64,000 nt of DNA, taken from contig JBPQGU010000013.1 in NCBI GenBank assembly GCA_051362555.1, positions 186,001-250,000 on the forward strand, read 5' to 3'. The notes beneath the pieces were generated by a model, which saw nothing but the letters and a program-made list of their open reading frames with translations, had not been told where the DNA came from and did no database searches. Position 1 is the first letter of the stretch. Every line of letters starts with the position of its first letter. The position numbers and the translations under genes were made by a program. Below, in pieces: positions 1-9,193 of the stretch. The stretch comes from Lingula anatina (Eukaryota > Animalia > Brachiopoda).

Positions 1-62
1 AAATTAATATTTGTGTGACATTCAAGTAATTAAAAGAAATTTAATATGAGATACGGACATGA

Positions 63-63
63 T

Positions 64-98
<35 letters not shown>

Positions 99-109
99 TG
101 TGTGTGTGT
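63..109. repeat. poly-T tract followed by a (TG)n microsatellite
   Basis: About 23 T followed by about 12 TG units, read directly. Confidence 0.95.
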
Positions 110-143
110 TTACCAAGCGCTACTGGTATATGCCTGGTTTTAA

Positions 144-620
144 GGCCACAGCCAATTTTCCTTCTTTTTTTCACACAATCCAACCTAAAGTGAGTGTAAA
201 CTTGCCAAGGTAGTGACTAGAACTGCAGAATTTGTGTATATCTGTGTATAGAGAACAGAACATGAAGGTTGGAGGGTCGGCCATTAGAAATCAATTCATG
301 CTGTCTTCAGATTAGATACTCCCATTTCCTGCAGTTATTGAAATCTATTTATAATTGTACAGTCTTCACTTGCAGCCTGGGTCAGGTCTGATGATTTTTC
401 AACAAGTTTTCTTTTTTTTTGTGTGCAAGTTGGCACAAAAGTATCAAATTTTGCAGCCTGTATTGCTTTGATTAGTTAATGTAACTGTCTATTTCTGGAC
501 GGGTAATTAAAACAATCATAATTGTATTTACATCTGAAATATGCCAGAAAAATTAAACAGTTTGTTGAACTGTAAGTATTTAAAATTTTTTGGTGGCAGG
601 AAGAAGAGTTGTCTTGGGCC
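144..620. mobile_element. Possible decayed non-autonomous TTAA-type (Kolobok-like) element or solo LTDR of another family
   Basis: TTAA|GGCCACAGCCAATTTTCCTTC at 140-164 versus the reverse complement of 600-620 (GGCCCAAGACAACTCTTCTTC): 15/21 match, GG..CC termini, 477 bp. The right flank is TCAG, so it is not a perfect target duplication. Confidence 0.3.
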
Positions 621-716
621 TCAGTCTTGAATAGATCCTACTGGAATTTAGAATCATTTAGAAAAAAAATTGTAATCAACCACTTATGGTGTACTCTGGA
701 TGATTTAAATGCATAC

Positions 717-743
717 AAAAAAAAAAAAAAAAAAAAAAAAAAA
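717..743. repeat. poly-A tract (27 nt)
   Basis: Read directly. Confidence 0.95.
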
Positions 744-1510
744 CAGACATGCAAATGTACCTACCGATACAAAGTCACGATGTTGCTGACACTTCAAAAA
801 TCTTCTATCAGAAATATTTTTTAACTTCTATAATCAATTTCCTCTTCTAATTGAAGAAGTCCTAATACTTCACATTCTTTTGCAGTTTTCCAAACCTCGT
901 CTCTGCCAGACTGTGTGTAAAGTTTATATTCTCAGTGTTTATCTGCAACAGATATTTAGCCATCATTCTGCATGTTTAACTCCACCTAGCTCTATGTTAA
1001 TACAGATCGGGTCTGTTTTCTGGTATTTATACTGCATATTCTAACCAATCACCAAGCATTGCTATCAAGCTCATTGGACAACTTACTCTTAACTTTTAGG
1101 TCTTATTAACTACAGTTAGGTCTGACTGTGTTAATTGTGAAATGTGACAGTTGCATGACACAAATTTATTTCAGAGAAAATGTTTGTCAGAATTCAAGTT
1201 TGTGTGTGCATGTAGATCTTTCTACTTGGACAATTTCTTGGTTATTATCATTTTTGTCAAATTTTTGTCAAATTTTTCCTATCAGCATTTTGTTTTTTGG
1301 CAGTTGTATTTAAAGCTTCATGTAGATATAGAACAAAGAAGGATTTTTTTAAAACAAAAAGGGGGAAACTTGCAGAAGTTTAAATGATTTAAGTGTGCAG
1401 ATTCCATATATAGAATTAACAGATTTATAAATTTACCAACTCACCATGGTAAGACATACTTCCTATGGTCTGATTCCAGGGTTAAGAGCAAGGACAGGAG
1501 CCATTGGCAA

Positions 1511-1690
1511 AGACGTTACCATGGCAGTGACAGTACCATGACGGAGATGGTACCATGATAAGGACGGTACCATGACAGAGACGTTACCATGGCAGTGACG
1601 GTACCATGACGGAGATGGTACCATGATAAGGACCATACCATGACGGAGATGGTACCATGACAAGGACGGTACCATGACGGAGATGGTACC
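1511..1690. repeat. 17-bp minisatellite (TACCATGACGGAGATGG-like, about 10.5 units) with a 68-bp higher-order period
   Basis: TACCATG recurs every 17 bp. The block agacgttaccatggcagtgac..gataaggac.. repeats at 1511 and 1579. Confidence 0.9.
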
Positions 1691-1768
1691 TGGGAGAGAC
1701 AATGGGCAGCTGATGCTATAAAATGCCCTGTCTCTGCCTCTGGACTCAGAAGTCACTTTCTATCCACC

Positions 1769-3692
1769 ATGCCGTTACGGTAAAGGTAGCTGGAAAAAAC
1801 GAAGAAAAAGTGTATTTGTGAAGGGACACAAGCTATACCATGCAAGACAGAAGTCTGACCAGCCTCCAGAGCCTATTGTGAGAAGATACATCAGACCCAG
1901 CCAAGAGTTGTACCAGGCAGCCTCCTCTCCACCCCCTGTCGGGCCGCCAGCAACCCTCAGCAGCAACCCTGATGCACCCGTCATCCTCAGACCTAGGAGG
2001 GCCCAGTCAGAGAGTTTGTCCAGCAGCCAGCCCCAACCCCCAGATGATGAATACAAGTTGGTTTCACCAGAAAAAATTGTCAATCTGGTCAACAAAGTCT
2101 TGTCAGAGCATACAGCTGAGTGCACTGGCTCAATGGTTTGGGACAGAGAGGCAGAAAGCAAGTGGGGAGTGGCTTGGTCAATGGGACTAAAATGTGACAC
2201 GTGTCAGTACAGGACAGGGAAACAGAAATTGTACAATGAAGTCGAGAGCAAGCAGCGTGGCAGGAGAGCAGCAACGGTGAATGCAGGCTTGCAAGTAGGC
2301 CTGTCACAAAACATGATCTCCAACACGGCCATGAGGCAGATTCTAATGGCGACCAATGTGACCCCGCCCAGTGCATCATCCATGCAAAAGCAAGCAAATA
2401 AAGTCGGTGCTGCTATAACCAAGCTTAACAAAGCTGACATGCAACAGCGCCGTGAGAATCTACGCCGCATTCAAGATCTGAGAGGGTGTGAAGGACAGCC
2501 CATAGCAGTGGAAGGAGATGGCAGATATAATAATAGTCTGTTTAGTGGAGGGAACAAAACACCATACCAGCCAGCCACTCAGACTGTATACACCGTTGCA
2601 GAAAATGTAACCAGCAAAAAAGACATCATTGGTGTTTACACCGGAAACAAGTTATGCCACACAGCTCACCTGCTTAAAAGTAGAGGGGAAGATGTATCCT
2701 GTCCAGAGCACAGTGGTATCTGCACGGCGAATCTACGGGAAGACGACAGTATTGGAGACGAGAAACGTGCCATGCAGCAGATCCTCGAGGAAATTTCTGG
2801 AGAGGTCACAGTTGGTGCCTTGACCACTGATGGTGATAGCCGAGCCCACTCTGCATGTGATGATGTCGAAAGTCTTCGGGACACGCGCCACTTCAGTAAA
2901 GCTCTGAAAAAGCAAATTGAAAAAGCACCATTTTCCGGTCAAGTTTTCCCAGGGAAAACAAAGTACTCCAGAGACAAGATGCAGAAACGCTTTGCTCAGT
3001 GCATAGCAATGCGCTGTTATGCTGAATTCGATGCCTGCTATAAAGCAAATAAAGGGGACATAGAATTGATTAAAAGAGCACTGAGTTATGTCACTGACTC
3101 TATAATTAGTTGTTACAACGGTGATTGTGAAAACTGCTTAAAGTATTCTTATGTATGCAAAGGTGGCACGGAAACTATTTTCCCTGAGAAAGGCAAACTA
3201 GACTTTAGCAACTCTGAAGATGTGCACATCTTAAGACAGTGCCTAAATTATAGACTGGGCCCAAGGGCAATTGAATCAACAAAACTTAATACCAACACAC
3301 AAAAAGTGGAGTCTTTAAACCGGACATTTCAGAAAACTAATAATAAAGTTGTCACCTTTTCACGGAACTTCGAAGGCAGGATTCACAGTGCAGTTCACTT
3401 GAGGAATAATGGACTTAAGCAATCCACTTTGTGTAAGATGGCCTCTGTTGGTGTTAGGCCCACTTCTTCAGTTGTTAAATATCTGGAGAAAGATGAAAAA
3501 CAGATGAAAATGAGAGTAAATCACAAAAAGACAGTTGCATTTAAGTTAAGAGCTAGACAGAGAATCCTTAGCCGTTACAGAAGATATGACAGATCTAAAG
3601 CATTGAAAAGTAATAATGACTACAGAAGATGCATATCTATGCCAAAACTTGTAATTCCTGATCATAGCTATTCAAAGAGAGCATGTAATTAA
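1769..3692 (+). pseudogene. Kolobok-type DDD/E transposase, copy 1; +1 T just after the ATG (mutation or sequencing error)
   Basis: ATGCCGTTACGG versus ATGCCGTACGG in all other copies; the rest is identical and open (ORF track 1818-3692). Confidence 0.75.
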
Positions 3693-3850
3693 AATAAAAA
3701 TGTATGATTTTAAGATACTACTCTGTAATAAACTGGTTGTGAAATATGAAAAAAAGTTTGTTGGTCTTTCTTCTAGTCTTAAAACTTATAAATATAATTG
3801 AGAAATCTATAAATTAAGTAAATGTAAATTTAATAATAATAACAATAATA

Positions 3851-4216
3851 TTAATAATTATCATGTACACAATTTGGCCCCCGTCTGTGTCTGAGGCACC
3901 TGCCCACATTACGACAATGTAATCTGTTATTGTTGATTCATTGAGGCTCTGCTGTGAGATGATCGGGGTTACAGCACAGACCGACTCCACACGGGTGGAA
4001 TGTGTAAAACCCTCTCCTAAGCATAAATGCCACCCTGTGCACTCCAACAGTAACAGAGTGTCTAGCCCCAGGAAATGTAACCCTCCATAACCCATAACGG
4101 GCCCCACTGGAACAACTGGTGCCCCCAGTCCACAGCCAACAGTATCCCTCCTGTGTGTTATGCAATTTTGCATGTAATTTCGCAAGATATACATCCTAGA
4201 ACTGGTCATTAGCCAT
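3851..4216 (-). pseudogene. His-Me finger (I-PpoI-like, zinc-binding HNH) endonuclease, about 121 codons, two in-frame stops; copy 1
   Basis: Translates as MANDQF*DVYLAKLHAKLHNTQEGYCWLWTGG..YG..VGVHRVAFM..HPCGVGLCCNPDHLTAEPQ*INNNRLHCRNVGRCLRHRRGPNCVHDNY. This fits the CWxWxG / HR / HxCxxxxCxNPxHL..E..N..R..C motif. Stops are TAG at 4198-4196 and TGA at 3940-3938. Confidence 0.85.
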
Positions 4217-4315
4217 TTTTTGTGTGAAATGATGCAAGAGCACCCTTTTATGGCCTGTGCTGCTCTAAATTTAGAAACTAAGCCAAAAGTGAACAGTTGT
4301 CACTTTTCCTGTTCA

Positions 4316-4773
4316 GGGGAGAAACCACCAAAATATTTCCCATTGACGACCATACTAAGAAATGCCTGCAAAACTGCATAAAGAAAATAACTCTGGGAAA
4401 CATTTCCCATCTCCATGGACAGCAGACACACTGACATAACTCCAAATGGCAAAAAAATATACTGTCATCAACTCCGCTGTCTTACCGGCATCACTTGAAC
4501 ATGTGCACCCCTCTGTTTGTAAACAAACCACTGCACCACTCACAGTCAGTAGACCCTTCCGCCAGAGGTCTCACGACTGCACTGCACCTGTGCCTGGTCC
4601 TGAAAAAAAAACTGGCAGTAGTTAACACCCTACTCTGCTAGTTGATACCAAAATTAACCCTAGCAACACACAAGAAATGCCAGGAAAAAAATGGAAAAAA
4701 GCACTCATTTTTTCTCACTGAACTATATTCGTCTATAACAGGTGCTGATTGGTTGATTTGGAGGTTTCTGCCC
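4316..4773. mobile_element. 458-bp LTDR module with terminal inverted repeats; junction type A (TTCA left, TGAGA-TTCA right)
   Basis: Left end GGGGAGAAACCACCAAA; reverse complement of right end GGGCAGAAACCTCCAAA (15/17). Its boundaries coincide with the deletion seen in the short units. Confidence 0.88.
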
Positions 4774-5429
4774 TGAGATTCACACAAACCACCCCCCCTG
4801 TTCTTACCTTCTGACACCAAAAATTAAAACCTTAATACACTGCCAACTGCTCCGCCCAATATGACTGAGAACGGTCTCTTGATGACTGAGCCCTGTCAAG
4901 TTGAAAATGTGGTTGCTGTATCGGCCACTCTAGCCAACATTGCACCTGGTGAGAAAGCATAATTTCATGAGTGATAAAAAGTTAAATGTACATTTCTGTG
5001 CCTGAATTTGTTTCAATTGTTTTGAAATTTGGACACCTTATGCTGGACAGGTGTGAAAATCTGAGATAAGCATCTTAACTGGTTGGGCCTAGTTTAAGTG
5101 CACTTTGTTGAGAAATAAAATGTGAAAAGTGGAAAATTACTAATAAAAATATTTTAAAATATCTAAAAATTACTTAAACTCAAGTGCAAGGTTAATTGTC
5201 ACAACTGTTGTTTATGTTTGTTTGTGTTTGTTGTGAGGATACAGGAAATGAGCTTCTTGTCCCTCCCTGCAGAACAATACTCACTGCTAAGCTGTATACC
5301 CCCCTCCTGCACTGGGGCCATGCAGTTTGCTGTTTACAGGAAACCCCACTACCAATCACTGTTCATACCTTTTGTTGTAATGTATCCTGCTTTCCTGCAC
5401 ACCTGGGAGAGACAATGGGCAGCTGATGC

Positions 5430-5484
5430 TATAAAATGCCCTGTCTCTGCCTCTGGACTCAGAAGTCACTTTCTATCCACCATG
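5430..5484 (+). promoter_or_regulatory. Putative Pol II core promoter of the transposase (TATA box, initiator-like site, Kozak ATG); repeated in every unit
   Basis: TATAAAA at 5430-5436, TCAGA/TCACTT about 30-36 bp downstream, CCACCATG with ATG at 5482. Confidence 0.55.
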
Positions 5485-7404
5485 CCGTACGGTAAAGGTA
5501 GCTGGAAAAAACGAAGAAAAAGTGTATTTGTGAAGGGACACAAGCTATACCATGCAAGACAGAAGTCTGACCAGCCTCCAGAGCCTATTGTGAGAAGATA
5601 CATCAGACCCAGCCAAGAGTTGTACCAGGCAGCCTCCTCTCCACCCCCTGTCGGGCCGCCAGCAACCCTCAGCAGCAACCCTGATGCACCCGTCATCCTC
5701 AGACCTAGGAGGGCCCAGTCAGAGAGTTTGTCCAGCAGCCAGCCCCAACCCCCAGATGATGAATACAAGTTGGTTTCACCAGAAAAAATTGTCAATCTGG
5801 TCAACAAAGTCTTGTCAGAGCATACAGCTGAGTGCACTGGCTCAATGGTTTGGGACAGAGAGGCAGAAAGCAAGTGGGGAGTGGCTTGGTCAATGGGACT
5901 AAAATGTGACACGTGTCAGTACAGGACAGGGAAACAGAAATTGTACAATGAAGTCGAGAGCAAGCAGCGTGGCAGGAGAGCAGCAACGGTGAATGCAGGC
6001 TTGCAAGTAGGCCTGTCACAAAACATGATCTCCAACACGGCCATGAGGCAGATTCTAATGGCGACCAATGTGACCCCGCCCAGTGCATCATCCATGCAAA
6101 AGCAAGCAAATAAAGTCGGTGCTGCTATAACCAAGCTTAACAAAGCTGACATGCAACAGCGCCGTGAGAATCTACGCCGCATTCAAGATCTGAGAGGGTG
6201 TGAAGGACAGCCCATAGCAGTGGAAGGAGATGGCAGATATAATAATAGTCTGTTTAGTGGAGGGAACAAAACACCATACCAGCCAGCCACTCAGACTGTA
6301 TACACCGTTGCAGAAAATGTAACCAGCAAAAAAGACATCATTGGTGTTTACACCGGAAACAAGTTATGCCACACAGCTCACCTGCTTAAAAGTAGAGGGG
6401 AAGATGTATCCTGTCCAGAGCACAGTGGTATCTGCACGGCGAATCTACGGGAAGACGACAGTATTGGAGACGAGAAACGTGCCATGCAGCAGATCCTCGA
6501 GGAAATTTCTGGAGAGGTCACAGTTGGTGCCTTGACCACTGATGGTGATAGCCGAGCCCACTCTGCATGTGATGATGTCGAAAGTCTTCGGGACACGCGC
6601 CACTTCAGTAAAGCTCTGAAAAAGCAAATTGAAAAAGCACCATTTTCCGGTCAAGTTTTCCCAGGGAAAACAAAGTACTCCAGAGACAAGATGCAGAAAC
6701 GCTTTGCTCAGTGCATAGCAATGCGCTGTTATGCTGAATTCGATGCCTGCTATAAAGCAAATAAAGGGGACATAGAATTGATTAAAAGAGCACTGAGTTA
6801 TGTCACTGACTCTATAATTAGTTGTTACAACGGTGATTGTGAAAACTGCTTAAAGTATTCTTATGTATGCAAAGGTGGCACGGAAACTATTTTCCCTGAG
6901 AAAGGCAAACTAGACTTTAGCAACTCTGAAGATGTGCACATCTTAAGACAGTGCCTAAATTATAGACTGGGCCCAAGGGCAATTGAATCAACAAAACTTA
7001 ATACCAACACACAAAAAGTGGAGTCTTTAAACCGGACATTTCAGAAAACTAATAATAAAGTTGTCACCTTTTCACGGAACTTCGAAGGCAGGATTCACAG
7101 TGCAGTTCACTTGAGGAATAATGGACTTAAGCAATCCACTTTGTGTAAGATGGCCTCTGTTGGTGTTAGGCCCACTTCTTCAGTTGTTAAATATCTGGAG
7201 AAAGATGAAAAACAGATGAAAATGAGAGTAAATCACAAAAAGACAGTTGCATTTAAGTTAAGAGCTAGACAGAGAATCCTTAGCCGTTACAGAAGATATG
7301 ACAGATCTAAAGCATTGAAAAGTAATAATGACTACAGAAGATGCATATCTATGCCAAAACTTGTAATTCCTGATCATAGCTATTCAAAGAGAGCATGTAA
7401 TTAA
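5482..7404 (+). CDS. Kolobok-type DDD/E transposase (about 640 aa), copy 2
   Basis: Basic N-terminus (KKRRK), HxxxC..CxxC zinc motif, catalytic-like IAVEGDGRY, LTTDGDS, DTRH and TQKVESLN motifs. The frame is open from 5218 but the Kozak ATG is at 5482. AATAAA follows the stop. Confidence 0.87.
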   Translation: MPYGKGSWKKRRKSVFVKGHKLYHARQKSDQPPEPIVRRYIRPSQELYQAASSPPPVGPPATLSSNPDAPVILRPRRAQSESLSSSQPQPPDDEYKLVSPEKIVNLVNKVLSEHTAECTGSMVWDREAESKWGVAWSMGLKCDTCQYRTGKQKLYNEVESKQRGRRAATVNAGLQVGLSQNMISNTAMRQILMATNVTPPSASSMQKQANKVGAAITKLNKADMQQRRENLRRIQDLRGCEGQPIAVEGDGRYNNSLFSGGNKTPYQPATQTVYTVAENVTSKKDIIGVYTGNKLCHTAHLLKSRGEDVSCPEHSGICTANLREDDSIGDEKRAMQQILEEISGEVTVGALTTDGDSRAHSACDDVESLRDTRHFSKALKKQIEKAPFSGQVFPGKTKYSRDKMQKRFAQCIAMRCYAEFDACYKANKGDIELIKRALSYVTDSIISCYNGDCENCLKYSYVCKGGTETIFPEKGKLDFSNSEDVHILRQCLNYRLGPRAIESTKLNTNTQKVESLNRTFQKTNNKVVTFSRNFEGRIHSAVHLRNNGLKQSTLCKMASVGVRPTSSVVKYLEKDEKQMKMRVNHKKTVAFKLRARQRILSRYRRYDRSKALKSNNDYRRCISMPKLVIPDHSYSKRACN

Positions 7405-7562
7405 AATAAAAATGTATGATTTTAAGATACTACTCTGTAATAAACTGGTTGTGAAATATGAAAAAAAGTTTGTTGGTCTTTCTTCTAGTCTTAAAACTTA
7501 TAAATATAATTGAGAAATCTATAAATTAAGTAAATGTAAATTTAATAATAATAACAATAATA

Positions 7563-7928
7563 TTAATAATTATCATGTACACAATTTGGCCCCCGTCTGT
7601 GTCTGAGGCACCTGCCCACATTACGACAATGTAATCTGTTATTGTTGATTCATTGAGGCTCTGCTGTGAGATGATCGGGGTTACAGCACAGACCGACTCC
7701 ACACGGGTGGAATGTGTAAAACCCTCTCCTAAGCATAAATGCCACCCTGTGCACTCCAACAGTAACAGAGTGTCTAGCCCCAGGAAATGTAACCCTCCAT
7801 AACCCATAACGGGCCCCACTGGAACAACTGGTGCCCCCAGTCCACAGCCAACAGTATCCCTCCTGTGTGTTATGCAATTTTGCATGTAATTTCGCAAGAT
7901 ATACATCCTAGAACTGGTCATTAGCCAT
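7563..7928 (-). pseudogene. His-Me finger endonuclease with two stops, copy 2
   Basis: Same sequence as 3851-4216. Confidence 0.85.
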
Positions 7929-8027
7929 TTTTTGTGTGAAATGATGCAAGAGCACCCTTTTATGGCCTGTGCTGCTCTAAATTTAGAAACTAAGCCAAAA
8001 GTGAACAGTTGTCACTTTTCCTGTTCA

Positions 8028-8485
8028 GGGGAGAAACCACCAAAATATTTCCCATTGACGACCATACTAAGAAATGCCTGCAAAACTGCATAAAGAAAAT
8101 AACTCTGGGAAACATTTCCCATCTCCATGGACAGCAGACACACTGACATAACTCCAAATGGCAAAAAAATATACTGTCATCAACTCCGCTGTCTTACCGG
8201 CATCACTTGAACATGTGCACCCCTCTGTTTGTAAACAAACCACTGCACCACTCACAGTCAGTAGACCCTTCCGCCAGAGGTCTCACGACTGCACTGCACC
8301 TGTGCCTGGTCCTGAAAAAAAAACTGGCAGTAGTTAACACCCTACTCTGCTAGTTGATACCAAAATTAACCCTAGCAACACACAAGAAATGCCAGGAAAA
8401 AAATGGAAAAAAGCACTCATTTTTTCTCACTGAACTATATTCGTCTATAACAGGTGCTGATTGGTTGATTTGGAGGTTTCTGCCC
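8028..8485. mobile_element. 458-bp LTDR module, junction type A
   Basis: TTCA|GGGGAGAAACC...GGTTTCTGCCC|TGAGATTCA. Confidence 0.88.
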
Positions 8486-9193
8486 TGAGATTCACACAAA
8501 CCACCCCCCCTGTTCTTACCTTCTGACACCAAAAATTAAAACCTTAATACACTGCCAACTGCTCCGCCCAATATGACTGAGAACGGTCTCTTGATGACTG
8601 AGCCCTGTCAAGTTGAAAATGTGGTTGCTGTATCGGCCACTCTAGCCAACATTGCACCTGGTGAGAAAGCATAATTTCATGAGTGATAAAAAGTTAAATG
8701 TACATTTCTGTGCCTGAATTTGTTTCAATTGTTTTGAAATTTGGACACCTTATGCTGGACAGGTGTGAAAATCTGAGATAAGCATCTTAACTGGTTGGGC
8801 CTAGTTTAAGTGCACTTTGTTGAGAAATAAAATGTGAAAAGTGGAAAATTACTAATAAAAATATTTTAAAATATCTAAAAATTACTTAAACTCAAGTGCA
8901 AGGTTAATTGTCACAACTGTTGTTTATGTTTGTTTGTGTTTGTTGTGAGGATACAGGAAATGAGCTTCTTGTCCCTCCCTGCAGAACAATACTCACTGCT
9001 AAGCTGTATACCCCCCTCCTGCACTGGGGCCATGCAGTTTGCTGTTTACAGGAAACCCCACTACCAATCACTGTTCATACCTTTTGTTGTAATGTATCCT
9101 GCTTTCCTGCACACCTGGGAGAGACAATGGGCAGCTGATGCTATAAAATGCCCTGTCTCTGCCTCTGGACTCAGAAGTCACTTTCTATCCACC

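Noticed and set aside
1511-1690. CRISPR-like appearance of the short repeats
   Set aside because: Contiguous 17-bp tandem units, no unique spacers, no cas genes, eukaryotic context.
609-1756. Short ORFs in the left flank
   Set aside because: Non-ATG starts or derived from poly-A or minisatellite; no coding signature.
1775-2942. Short antisense and alternate-frame ORFs inside the transposase (all copies)
   Set aside because: They overlap the real CDS and recur only because the unit is repeated.
3814-4209. 131-aa minus-strand ORF repeated in each unit
   Set aside because: It is a shadow frame of the His-Me finger gene and ends in low-complexity AAT sequence.
4654-4663. Telomere-like TTAACCCTAG in the LTDR
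   Set aside because: A single unit, expected by chance.
4316-4773. LTR retrotransposon interpretation of the direct repeats
   Set aside because: No TG..CA ends, no gag or reverse transcriptase. The ends are TIRs next to a TTAA-like tetranucleotide and the ORF is a DDE transposase.
4789-4805. CCACCCCCCCT shared between the transposon unit and the satellite
   Set aside because: An 11-bp low-complexity match with no extended similarity; not enough to derive the satellite from the element.
5218-5481. 88-aa N-terminal extension giving a 728-aa protein
   Set aside because: The extension has no recognisable motif and contains the TATA box. The Kozak ATG at 5482 is the more plausible start.
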